Assembly (NCBI GenBank): GCA_965153455.1 | Contig: OZ234493.1 | Location: forward strand, 28,324,213-28,388,212 | Length of the DNA stretch: 64,000 nucleotides | Origin: Sphagnum compactum | Taxonomy: Eukaryota | Direction of reading: 5' to 3' | Shown here: positions 24,179 to 36,720 of the stretch, piece by piece | Layout of the letters: each line of letters begins with the position of its first letter | How positions within the stretch are numbered: position 1 is the stretch's first letter | The notes under the pieces: model-generated | What the model was told of the DNA's origin: nothing | Seen by the model: the letters and a program-made list of their open reading frames with translations, nothing else | The model's database searches: none | Made by a program: the position numbers and the translations under genes

Positions 24179-25522
24179 TTTTTTTTCCCCGTTTTTAAAT
24201 TTCTTTTTTCTCTTTTTCTTCAAAACCCAATTTTAAATAAATAATGTTTCGTCCAATACAATGGCCTCTTGATGATGATACTGCATGACAAACGTGAGGT
24301 CACGCAGATGGAAATCCTTCCACGTGTTCGATCCAGATCAAAAGGAGGAGAGAGAGGGGGGTAAACTTTTTACACGTGTCACTGTTAGAGATCCCCCCTT
24401 CAAACCTAGTCTAGTAGACAGACCAGATAACACGCAACCTTACAAAAGACAAAAGCTTCCACAAAAGACAAAAGGAAGTGGAAGCTTTTGGCTTCCTTCC
24501 CTTCCTTTGCCTTTGCCCTTTGCCTTTGCCTTGTCCCCATTTCAGAGCTTCATTAATTTCTGCAAAACTCTCAGTCAGTAAAGGCCATCAGGCCATGGTG
24601 AAATGAACCTGCACCTACACTGGTGTAATAACACTTTCTTCACCTTCTTTTTTTCTTTCAACACACAACCCAAACAACCCAAACGGTAAAAAAACAAAGG
24701 AGGCAACAATTAACCACATCACTAATTAAAACCCTAATTAATAAACCCTAAAAAAAATGTTTACCTAATTTGGATTCAAAAACCCTAATTTTGTCTTAGG
24801 GTTCCAGAAACTTCTGATTTTTTTTTTAAAAAACATCCCAAAACAAAAAAACAATTTGGGGTTTTCTATACCAGTGTTGTCCAGTTTGATTTTTAAGGAG
24901 GAATTATGATTCAGTTTTTCAGCTTTTTTTCTTTTCTTTTCTTTTTTTTCTGGTTTTCCTTCCATGGTTTTATAAAATTTGTGATAAAAATTTCAGAAAA
25001 TGTTTTTTTTTCTATACTTTTAAAAACCTTATGCATTGTAATTATTTAGAACCAGATCTGATCTGGTAAGAAAATTATTCTTTTGAAACAACAAGGAATC
25101 TGGAATCTTGAAAAGTGAAGAATTGGGTTGGGAAATGGGGCTAGGGTTTATTTAGGGTTAAGAGACTAGGGTATCAGGGGAGGACCTTGTGAGTCAAAAG
25201 CACATGGGAGAGATGTGCCTTGTTACCACTGGGTAAAAGCATAACTAACCTAATGGGTAGTTAAAAACCAATGTGTGTGTGAAAGCTGGAGACCTAATTA
25301 TACTCTCTAATTACACCTTTCCAATCAAATTATCTGACCATTTCAAGCAACTTACAAGCAGCCCTTGTTTTGTGTACTGGCTATATCCATATATAGCCAA
25401 AAGCCTAAATTATTGGAAATTAAAAGTGCTAAAATAAAGTGCTTTTTGAGATTTCCCATAATCAAATTGTAAAGAAAAGTAGTCATATTTCCGTACATGG
25501 TTCAAATATATAGCCAAAAATA

Positions 25523-25936
25523 TAGAAGGATGTTTTTTTTTAATTTTTCACTTTAATATTTAAGTTGTAATCAAATTTGGCTAACTCTTCCTGTGGATCA
25601 TCCCCTACTTTGGCAAAACAAAAAAAACAATGGGTGACAAGTTACAAGATTCCATCATTTCTCATTGATTTTTCTTACAACTTGCAATAAAAAGGTATAG
25701 CCATTAATTATGCAATGAGCACATTTAAACACATTTAAATATAGAACGGATGTTTTTTTAAAAATTTCACTTTCATATTTAGGTTGTAAATCAAAATTTG
25801 GCTATGGATCACACCCCCTACTTTGGCAAAACAAAACAATGGGTGACAACTTACAACTTACAAGTTTCCATCATTTTTCATGATTTCTCTTACAACTTTG
25901 CAATAAAAGGGTAGATATAGCCATTATGCAATGAGC
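25523..25936 (+). repeat. Tandem duplication, ~215-bp unit x2 (25523-25720, 25741-25936)
   Basis: Both copies read ATAGAA.GGATG...TTTGGCTA...CCCCTACTTTGGCAAAACAAAA...CAATGGGTGACAA...TATAGCCATT...ATGCAATGAGC. Confidence 0.85.
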
Positions 25937-27512
25937 TTGCTTGCTTGTTTTGGTTTTAGGTTTTGTCTTTTTGGATTGAGAGGGAGGGAGGGAGGAAGGG
26001 GGGGGGAAGGGGGGGCCCAATTCCTCTCTACTCAAAGTAACCCAACCCCACATCTGGAGCAAGTGACAAGTGAAGGGTGAAAAGCACGAGTTGAGATGCT
26101 AATTTCGACACGTGTACAAGTAGAGATGCTGATTTGCATGAGCTCTCCCCTGCCCAATCAGCTGATGTCTCTGACACCTGTCCAATGGCCATCCTGAGTG
26201 CAGGTTTTGGCCGGAGCTGACTAGCCCAGAATTTGAAGTGTCGTGTCTGGATACGGTCTAGTTTTTTTTTCCTTTTTATTGTTGCTGCCATGGGACCCTA
26301 TTTACCACTCATACTAATAATAATAATAATAATAACAATAATATATTCACAACTACTGTATAATAATGGAGTAATTGGTACAGTAAAGATTTTTAGGTAA
26401 TTACTGGAATTACAGGAATTTGAGTGAGGTCCTGACTACCTTGGGTGAACCAGTACCCAACCATGGTCCCAAAAAAAAAAAAATCCCAAAATCTCTTTAA
26501 ATAATTTCTAAATATTATAAATATTTCCGGTGCTAATAACTAGACTAAAATCAGGGTCTCGGAGTTCAAATCTAACATTTTTTGGGTTTAATATGGCCTC
26601 TAAGAGTCGGCCCCCCCCCCCCTCCACAACCATCGGAAAATCCATAAGAGATAATTTACACTTGAGCAGTTGGGCAATGGTCCATTGAAATCTAAAATTG
26701 CTCATTGCTCCGTAATAATGCCTTGGGCTCTTTGGTTTGGGTCTTGGTTTAGTCAAAGTATCTTAGGGCCAATAGTAAGGTACTTTGAGGCCAATATGGC
26801 CCCTTGTGCCATGGCTAATGGGCTTTTGGCTATGGTCTTATCCAAAAAGTGAGCTACCATTAAAAGACTTCATAGGCAAATGACCTAGAAAGCTCAAATG
26901 TAAACCACCCCTAACCCTCTCAATCTGACCCAGCCTTCCTCTACCTTAGTTTACAAGCACTGACATAATTTGAATATGAGGTTCCCTATATAGATTTGGC
27001 AAGGTTGCTTGCAGAGGAGGCTAGGAGGAAAGATTTATGATTGGTAAGGCATACCTGCAAATACCAAAAGAAAACTTAGGTCAGATGAATGGGGTTTCCA
27101 ATTCAAGGTTCTGACTTTGTTCTCTGTTCATTCAGTCTAGTGGGGTGCATGTGCAGACACTTCAAGTGCTGTGTATAAATAAATAACTGCACTTGATAAT
27201 AACATATTATTATTATATATAGTAAAGGACGTCATGAAGCTTCCCCTTAATAGACAACAAAGGCACACATATGAATAGGAGAGAGTTGCATTTGGTCAGT
27301 ATAGCCCTACAATCTTCACAGAAGCTCAGATCTTGTTTGTCTAGGAAGCATATGGGTTGTGGTCAAAAGACATATGAGACTACAACAAAGTCACACCTCC
27401 TATTGTCCTGGACTAATATTAGCTCTTCCTAAGAACACCCTAACCTATTGGGTTTATTTACTACCCAAGCAATCAGTCAGTAAAAGTCGGGTTCTACTAA
27501 CCAATTGCTTTG

Positions 27513-27672
27513 TCCATCTTAAGTCAAGCGATAGTCGTAGGCCTAGTTACATTCTCACTTCCACCCTTTCAAGACACACCTTATATCACCTCTCGGTTCC
27601 ACCTTAAGTCCCGCGATAGCCATAGGCTTAACTACTTCCTTACTTTCACCCCTTCAGGACACACCTTCTATC
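27513..27672 (+). repeat. 85-bp tandem duplication within an LTR/UTR-like segment
   Basis: TCCATCTTAAGTCAAGCGATAG...GACACACCTTATATC (27513) and TCCACCTTAAGTCCCGCGATAG...GACACACCTTCTATC (27598). Confidence 0.75.
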
Positions 27673-30324
27673 GTCACGATCGACCTATTGCTGATGATTG
27701 ATTGATTTTTGACCTATTGGAGAAATACGATCGACATATTACAAGTCATCAGTTTTTGACATGGAGAGATTTTGACATCTTAGTTTGAGCTAACAAATTC
27801 TTCCTTTTTCTTATTCCTTTGTAATTTTCCAAATCTATGGTGTGTTTATAAATAAAGTTTTGCAGGGTTGCATCAGAATATCTGGATTCTTGTCCTCCCT
27901 ACAAGTTTGGCAGGTTTACATACATATATATATATATAAAAGCCAAGAACAACTTGACTCTACTTGAGGTGATAGTTATTAGTGAGGCCTGGATTTTTTC
28001 TGTGTTCAGAAACACTTGTGGGTTGCCCATAGGAAGCATGACATCCCTAAAATTGCAATAGTGCTCATGAAGTGCCTTCGTTTGACGCTTGTCAATACAA
28101 GGAAGGAATGCTGGTTTAAAAGAAAAGCGAGCAAAACACTGCAAACACCTACCAGCTGAATTTGTTGGGTTCAAGTCAAAAGAACCCCCTTGTTCTTTTA
28201 CCAATTGAAGGAATCCCACACAAAAGGAAAATCAGTACGACAAGAAGAAAATGGAAACTGAGAAAGAACGGCCTAATAAGAATCTTACTAGATTTGCTAA
28301 GGGCAAACTTCTCCAGTACCAAAGGATGATAATTTGTGATTGGAAAAGTTTGTTGCTAGAAAGACGATGAAGGGGAAGGCATCGCTTATAATGAGGGCAA
28401 AGCTCGAGGTACAAGTTAGAAGGTATTGACAATAATGTTTTCCCTTGCATAATGGTCGAAGCCTCAAATGCACTTACACAAACTTTCCCTGCACAACAAT
28501 GACGAATATTTTATGAAAAATATTCTCCATAACTTCTTGCTTTAGGTTTAGAAAATTCTTGACCAAAAAATTATGTTGTTAGAGAGGGGAGTGGGCGGGT
28601 CAGGTGGGGTGGGATTTTTTGTTTTTCCCCTTGTTCCCAATGTGTTCCCATCAAGTTCCCCAATACATTCTTAATAGCACCTCAGTTTTGTCCCATATTG
28701 TTTGACCAAAGTTCAACTCTAATGTATATACACTGAAAAGGTGGGTCAAGGGAGAGCACATTTGTGCGAGTAGGGATCCAAAGAGGTGGTTAAAGTGGGG
28801 AGTGCACAAAGTTCCAAAAAAATTGATGATGGGCCAATCAATATGATCCCTTCCCATAAAAAAAAAAAAATTCTTAAAAAAAAGGTGACTAATTAATATG
28901 AATTACACTATGCTCCTTTGATTCTTAGATATGGATTGGGTCTTTAGAGAGGTAAATATAGAACCCAACCAACATCAAAAGTATAATGCCATTAGTACCT
29001 TCTTACCTTGGCAGCTCTGATACTAATTTATATTTTTTTTTTAAATTGTTGAAATTTAAATAGATACCTTACCCTAACTAAGGTCCAGCTTCGTCATTAA
29101 AATAATCCTCAAAATAGTGAAATGAAATTTTGTGAAAATATGAAGTGGACATGTTGAAAATCCATCATAATTATCAAAAGGCTACATTCTGAATAATAAA
29201 TTTCACTACTCATATCACAATATTATAGTAGACAATGGAAAAATATATAATTTCAAATTTTAAAAATGAAATTCATTTTTTGCAAAAAAAAATAATTATT
29301 CGTTTTGTCAATGTGGAAACTGACCCTAGGTTACAAGTAACGAGGGGGTGTGTCCACATTGTGGCGTTGTCATTTACATTAAAAAGTATTTTAAGGCAAA
29401 AGAAGAATTATGGGAAATTCAAATATTTCACCATGCAAAAATATAATCTTCAAAAAAATCCTCTAAAAGAAACCAAAATCCTTCAAGATATTATTTATAA
29501 CTCTATAATAACTAATCTCAAGTTTCAACACAAGCCAAAATATCATCTTCCAAAAATCCTCATATAAAAATAGACCTACTACCTACATAGGGCCTATAAA
29601 ATTCCCTTAAGCTACTATACTGTATAATGAATCTAAACACAATATCCTTGGGCATGTAATGGACACTAAGAAAGCATTATACATATGAGATGCCTCATAT
29701 GTCTCTTATTGGTGCCCATTACATGCCTAACATGTGCATAACATGACAAACCATAACAAAATTTGTGTATGGGGCATCATTCATCTTTTCATCAAAAAAA
29801 AAAAAAAACCCTAAACCCTAAACCCTAAACTCATCTTTCTATCAAAAAATGGATCAGCCCAAGGGCAGACAAGGAAAAAAAAAACAGAACAAAAAAAAGG
29901 AGACCCATGCATGGCTGTTGCAACATCCCCCATCTTAGTAGGGCCTTACCCTTTTAAGAGTCAGGACACCTTTTTGAAAAAGGTGACATTATTTCCCTCC
30001 TTGTTCCAACTTCTACTTTTCAACTTGAGGAGCTAAGCCTAGGGCAGCAGGTACATAAGGATGAATAACAAACAACTTATTCATCCTTTTAAATAACAAT
30101 TTTATTTAATTAATTAAAAAATTATTACTATTATTTTTATTTTTTTTATTTTCTAAATATTATTTTTAATTTATTTTTACCTACCCACCCTTTGCTACCT
30201 ACCCTTTTAAAGTGTGGAATCAATTGCAGAATCTTGCAGTCTGGTTTTTTTTTTTATCCCTCTGTCTGAGATCTCAAGGTAAAAAAGGGAGTGGCAGTAA
30301 AAAAAAAAAATTTAAAAGGTAAAG

Positions 30325-30866
30325 TGACGTCATCATAAACAGAGGCTGAGAGCGCTACTGTGGTTCGACACGTGGCGTTTCGACATGCCAAAAAAAAATG
30401 CCAGTCAGAAAGGGAGAAAAACCATTTGTGGGGGTTTTCTGCAGTCCCAATGTATGGGTGTGACGCTAGGTTTGACACGTGGCAGATACTGGGGCGGGGA
30501 AGGCAGGAAAAAACTCTCGGTCAGACACTTTGTTGCATGGGCTTTTTCTTTTGTAGTGCCGAATGATCATGTGATAGCACTGCCACGTGTACTGGTTGAC
30601 GCTTTTTATTTATTATTATTTATTTAAAAAATTAGGAGGGGGGCAGGTGCATTGTTTAGTGTTAGGTTTGATTGTGAGAAGATCTCTGCATGGGAATTTT
30701 ATTTTATTTTAAATTATTTTTTTGGGGGGGCAGGTGTATTGTTTAGTGTTAGGTTTGATTGTGAGAAGATCTCTGCATGGGAAATTTTTTCTTTTTTTTT
30801 TTCTTTGGGGGGGGGGGGGGGGGCAGGTGTATTGTTTAGGGTTTAGGGTTTAGGGATCTCTGCATG
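30325..30866. promoter_or_regulatory. Cluster of bZIP sites (TGACGTCA; GACACGTGGC x2; GCCACGTGT) plus RY motifs (TGCATG x4): candidate ABA-responsive enhancer
   Basis: TGACGTCA 30325-30332; GACACGTGGC 30367-30376 and 30474-30483; GCCACGTGT 30582-30590; TGCATG at 30534, 30687, 30774 and 30861. Function is inferred. Confidence 0.5.
30638..30866 (+). repeat. Three-copy local repeat (G-run, CAGGTG, ...GATCTCTGCATG); the third copy carries (TTTAGGG)3
   Basis: Copies begin near 30638, 30724 and 30807; read by direct comparison. Confidence 0.9.
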
Positions 30867-31486
30867 AGAGAATTTGCCGACAGAAGAAGAAAAAGGTACA
30901 AATTTAGGGATGTGTTTTTTGGGTGCTTAAGTTGTTCAACTGGACAAAGGGGGGCATTCCTTTTTTTTAGGGTTTTGTGATGCTACTCAATCAAAATGGT
31001 GATCATCAAGAAAATGATTTTGCCAAATTTGGCTACATACCAGATATGTAGCCAAAAAAAACCCTAAAAAAAGTAGGTTTTTTTAATTTTTTTTTAAAAA
31101 TAAAGAAATTTCTATGTAGAAATTTGGCTACCTGCTAGAACTTATCATAAAAATCTGGTGATTTGAATTACTTTTTCTTCCAAAAATCTAGTGAATTTGA
31201 AGCATTTTTCTCCATGAAAAATCCTTTGTATTGGTTGAATTCAACATTTTATTTTTTATTTTTTTTGCCAGATCAAAATTTGCCCAACATTCAAAGCAAT
31301 AAAAGAAACATTGCATTCCACAAAAGGGCAGGGCAAAACCCAGCACCCAGATTTTGGGACCTTCACCTTCTTGAGTGAGTGAGGGGGTTAATGGCTACAT
31401 TTAACTTGGTAAATGTTAGCTTTGGACTTTTTAGAGGCTAATTTCATGTAAAGACTCGTGCTCAATGAATTCTTTTTATATTTCAA

Positions 31487-32957
31487 AAGGAACCTTCGGT
31501 TTCAATTCTAACCTTCTTTTTTCTTTTTTATAAATTTATTTTGGATCATTTGGTCTCAAGATTGGTTTTTCGAATTTTTTTAAACCTTTGATTCCAATCA
31601 TTTTCACACAAAAAACAAAAATCTAAGCCAACTTAGTTTAAGATCAAGTTTGATTCCATCTTCATTACACGTAACAATATATATATATATATAGAATTAG
31701 TTTGTTGAACTAGTGCACACAATTCAAAATATAGATTATGTAATATTAATTATGTACAACCAATCAAATGCAATAACTTGTCTCAATGTACGATCAAGTT
31801 ATATATATTTTTATTTTTATTTTTAATTTTTTTTAAGTTGTACTTATTTACCTAAAGAACTTGAACATATTTAAAAATAGAGTAACACCCTTAATTCAAG
31901 TTCTAATTCAATTTTGAAAAGAGGTTGATTGCTTGGTTAAGTTTTAATTATAGTTCCAATAAAACTTGAAACCACTTGTTTGGAATTTTAGAACCTAACT
32001 TATAACCTCGACATGCACTTGCTTAATCCCCAAAGCATGGCAACATTGTTAATTTTACTTTCTAGAAAAGTTTGTAATGTATTTGGAGGATATGTTTAAA
32101 AGCATATTTTTGTGGTTGCAAAATGTTGCCATTTCAAAATATAATATAAATAAATAAAACCACTTGCTACAAAGAGTGGGCATTTCACTTTCCAAAATGC
32201 CCACCTTCCTTTTCTTTTTTTTTCTCCCTAATTGATAACCTAACTCAAGAAAAAAAAATCTCGTAGATTTAAACAATGTAACCCCCTTTAAACATTGATC
32301 CTAAAATAAGTTCCCACCCAAAAGCAAAACTAATTTATTTGAAAAACACCCCATTCGTTGCACATTACCTTACATTTTGGATTCAAAGAATTTCATGTTT
32401 AAATGTTTATAATATTACATAACAACCCACAAAAATTGGGGTTTTGATCAATGTTGGTTGGGTCAAGTCTAAGTTTTAGGTCAAGTTCTAGGTATATGAA
32501 CTAAAGGTTCTAAATATTGTTTAAACTTCCACTAAAACTTGATTGGGCAATCGGCCCTTTTTCAAATTTGAATTAGAACTTGAATTGGGAGTGTTACCCT
32601 ATTTTGAATAGGTTCATGTTCTTTAAACAAATAAAGACATCTTTATTTTTTAAATGAGATATAAATTTGATCCTAAAATTTTGGCAAGTTATTGGTTTGA
32701 TTGGTTGTTCATTATTTAAATTACATAATATCTATCTTGTGGATTATTTTGAGCAAAATAATAATACACAAAATTTTATGTTTAATTGTGTCACATGAGA
32801 TGGAACCAAACCTAATTTTCAATTGAACTGGTCCTAAATTATTTATGAAAATGATTGAAACCAAAAGGTCTTTAAAATCCAAAGAATCGATCACAAGACC
32901 AAATTGAAAATTCTATAAAAAAACAAAAAGAAAGGTTAGAAAGATCAAAGGTTCCTT
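31487..32957. mobile_element. Foldback/MULE-like element: ~500-bp diverged inverted arms (31487-~32010 and ~32460-32957) around a ~450-bp spacer
   Basis: Collinear reverse-complement blocks: AAGGAACCTT/AAGGTTCCTT, CAATCATTTTCA/TGAAAATGATTG, TAGATTATGTAAT/ATTACATAATCTA, AACCAATCAAA/TTTGATTGGTT, AATTCAAGTTCTAATTCAA/TTGAATTAGAACTTGAATT. Confidence 0.75.
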
Positions 32958-35279
32958 ATCAAGAACTAAACAATACCAATTTTGACAATGGTAATAATAT
33001 AGATCATGGTTCACCCAACACAAAGGGGAAGCATTTGTCATTTAGGACTTTCACAAAGGTGGGAACCCAAATTTTGGGAGCCTCCTATTAACTTTTTCAA
33101 GCACTTCGATGTGTGTTTCACCATCCAAAAACAAAAAGCAATTTTTCCAAACCTCACATTGCACAAAATTGATTATCTAACAACTAGCCCAAAAAAACTA
33201 TTGTATGATTATTTTGTTTCAAAACATGATTCAATTGTGAACTATGGAAACTCATACCCTTTACATATGAATATTATAATACAATTATTGAGGAGATTTC
33301 ATCTCCACAATCTCACAAACATGTTGGTTTGCACAAATATAGTAACATGTCAATTCTTCAAGAGAAAATTCTCTCTCACAAAATTGATAAGAAACAACTT
33401 AATATGTTAGAAAACTTCCTCCATCATTCAACAATGTCTCAATAACTATTGATCCTTGAAGAATTTATAATCTCATTTTCAATTATTAGTATCACGTTGA
33501 TGTCCTAAATTGTTTTCTTCAAGAAGATCGAGAGAAAAAAATTAAGTCATACTTGGCCAAAACTAAATTAATGTCTATATATTAAAACATCTTCACTAAT
33601 AACACTAGCCATAAAAATTTGGATGAAATGTCCTTAAAATAGTCCCTCACTGTGTAATTGATGAACATCTTATTTGTGAGTGGAGATGGGAAAGTAATGA
33701 GCAAGCAATGTTGGATGCAACAATGGACCAAATATCATGTACTTGGGCAGAGATGTTATAAGCATGTTTCAATCTCCAAACCAATTTTTTCTTAATGTTC
33801 CTTGGAATACTACACCTATCACCAAACCCATCCCCATGAATGAACATCAAATTAATTTATTAAAAAATTGATGACCAAATTGCCAAACACCATCCACGAT
33901 CAAAACATGCCCCATGACCAAACATTCAATGAAAGCAAATGATTTTTGACATTTTACAATGTTTTAGCCCAAGATATTATAAATGTGTCATGTCATGGGT
34001 GTGATGAAAGGGACACATCCTTCAAATCAAGAAAGAGAAAAACATTGTTTGACCAAAAGAAATGATAACAACATAAGACTGAAAAAACAACATTTTAAGT
34101 ATAAAAAAAGGGACATTGCAAGACCAAGAGAGAGAAGATCATCACTCAACTAGGAAAAAGAACATCACTTTGAGTAGGAGAGAAAAAATAGCATTGCAAG
34201 ACTAGAAAGAGAAAAACATGAAAAGAGAAAATCATTGCCATGTGCGCCATGTTTGTCATATTTTATGGATTTCAATGAATGATTCAATTATGGGTTTCCA
34301 TAATTTCTATTGAGAATACTAGTGATGATCAAGGACACCTCATGACATGAAATGCCAACACTTCACAACACAAGCATGGGTGTGTTTGAACAATTAAAGG
34401 GGGATGAATTGAATAAAGTGACAAGAAAGAAAAGAAAATTTCCTTTGTAATGAACAACTGGAACACCTACTTAAAACAAAAGGGTGAACACCACAAGCAA
34501 ACTTGAATAACAACTTGGGCAAGCAACCCAACCACAACACAAAGAAGAGAATAATGCCAACCCATCACCATCAGACAATTCAAGTTTCTCTAAATGTTTG
34601 CCTCCCCATTAACTTAAATGTTGAAGCCCATGGTGTTAGTTAAATTTGAGCCACACACAAACATACAAGAATGGTAAAAAATGGCATGGTTTTGCATTTG
34701 GAAAGTTTTGCAAATTAGGGTAAATAATGTGACATTGATAGCATTGGATTGTTTGTAGGGTGGCAAGTGTATGTTCAAATGTCACAAAATGTGTGAACAT
34801 AATATTTTTCAATGAAATTACTCCCCCCCATTTTTAAAATTCATTTCTTCTTCATTTCTTGACTAATTTGAACCATTTTCATGGCTTGGGGTGTGTTCAA
34901 CAAAATTCTCATCTTTGAACTCCATAGGCAACACAGAAATGTGTGTGGATTTTCAAATTTTTAATACTCTTAAATGTTCGATCATAAGTGGAACTATTGT
35001 GACCTATGATGAAAAAATGAAACATTTTTCATCATTTAGTTTTTTACAATAACATGTAACACAAACTTGGTAAATAGTTCAATACCCAACAACTTCCATT
35101 TAATTCGACAACTTGTTTTGTTATGTGTGGTGTTAAATCATTTGAGGTTTTTTGGTATACACTTCCCAACATTTGTTATCAAACATACCTATATACTAAG
35201 AATATATTTGATTTTATAACAACACCTTGCCCCTAGCATTCCCAAAGTTCAATTTAACAACTACCATGGACATGCACAT

Positions 35280-36720
35280 ATTAACCCCTAGGTAATATAC
35301 TACCTAACCTTTAAGTAGCCTTACGTAGCTTATATAGCCCTATAGTAACCTATGATAACCCCTAAGTAACCTACATAAAACTTAGGGTAACTTACATAAC
35401 CTTTTAGTAGGCTATGTAATCCTTAGGTAACCTACATAGCTCTATAGTAACCTATGATAACCCTTAGGTAGCCTACATAGTCCTATGGTAACTTACAATA
35501 ACCCATAGGTAGCCTACGTAGCGGGTAACTTACAATAACCGATAGGTACGCCTATGTTGTCTCCAAGCCATAAGTAGCCTATTAACCCTTATGTAGGTTT
35601 ATGTTATTTTTAGGTAGGCCTTAGGTAACATAACTAGCCCTTAAGAAGGTATTTATGTAACCTATGCAAACCTTAAATAACTTACGTAACACCTAAAAGG
35701 TAGCTTACAAAGCCCCTAAGGTAGCCTATGGTAACCCCTTAATAGGTTACATAGCCCTTAGGGTAGTATACAATAGCCTTTAAATAGCACAAATAGCCTT
35801 TAAAGTAATTTACGATAACATTTAGATAGTAAATGTTAAAGAAAAGACAAAAACACGACTTAGAAAAGACTATATGAACTTGATAAACAAAAAAAACTTA
35901 ATAATGAACAAAAATTAGATGATTTTATTTTTTGAATAAGATGTGATGCAAGTTAAACATGAAATGAATTAAGAGTACAAGATCCCAATTTGTGTTGGTG
36001 AAATTAAGGGGTGGTGCCATTTAGACCTCTTTTGATATTATATAATGCAACCTTTAAAAAGATCATCAACTTTTTAGAAAGTTTCGTCAATTAAACCTTC
36101 TATAAGTTTAAAAAATAATTTAATTTTTAGAATTCTATTTAAGAAAAAATTATGGAAGGTTTCACTAACTTTTTTTAAATAATTTTTTTTAATTACATAT
36201 ACTAAAAACCTATAAATTATAATTTAGAAACTTCTTCTAAAAGCTTCAATTAATTTTACATCTTTTAAAAACTTCTAAGCATACTTCTCCAAAATCTTTC
36301 TAAGTTTTTTTAGAAACTTTCCTTATTGTTTATTGTCCATAACAATAGGCGTACTTAATAAGTAGGTAGCATATATAATCTTAAATAGCCTACATGGCCT
36401 CTAGGTAAATTTACATAGTTCTTACGATAGTTTATGATAACTTTTTAAGTAGGCCTACATAGCCTTTGAGGTAGCCCTTAAGTAGGCCTATGTTGTCTTT
36501 AGGTACCTTAGATAACACCTAGGTTATAGGCCTATGTTAGCATTAGGTAAACTTATGTTGATCCTAAGTATGCTTAAATATGTCTAGGTAATGCTTAAGT
36601 AAACCTTAGGCCAACCTAGCTTACTTATGCTTATTTAGGTTAAGGCATGTTAACTAGGGTAGCTTGCCTAACCTAGGCCCTTTCACTTAAACTAATAAGC
36701 TCAGTCACCTAGCATAAACT
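35280..36720. repeat. Degenerate ~21-bp satellite (approx. AGGTAACCTACATAGCCCTT) in two blocks, ~35280-35820 and ~36340-36720
   Basis: Repeated GTAACCTA/GTAGCCTA/CATAGCC/TAACCCTT words at roughly 21-bp spacing. Confidence 0.7.

Noticed and set aside
25980-26015. G-run cluster as a functional G-quadruplex
   Set aside because: G homopolymers are common throughout this window; there is no independent evidence of function.
29014-29025. GCTCTGATACTA, a near-match to the reverse complement of the tRNA-Met primer-binding site
   Set aside because: One mismatch, with no adjacent LTR or gag recognised.
33100-33950. Coding-like decayed sequence (also ~2950-3420 and ~37500-38330)
   Set aside because: Probably old transposon debris, but I could not recognise any diagnostic motif.
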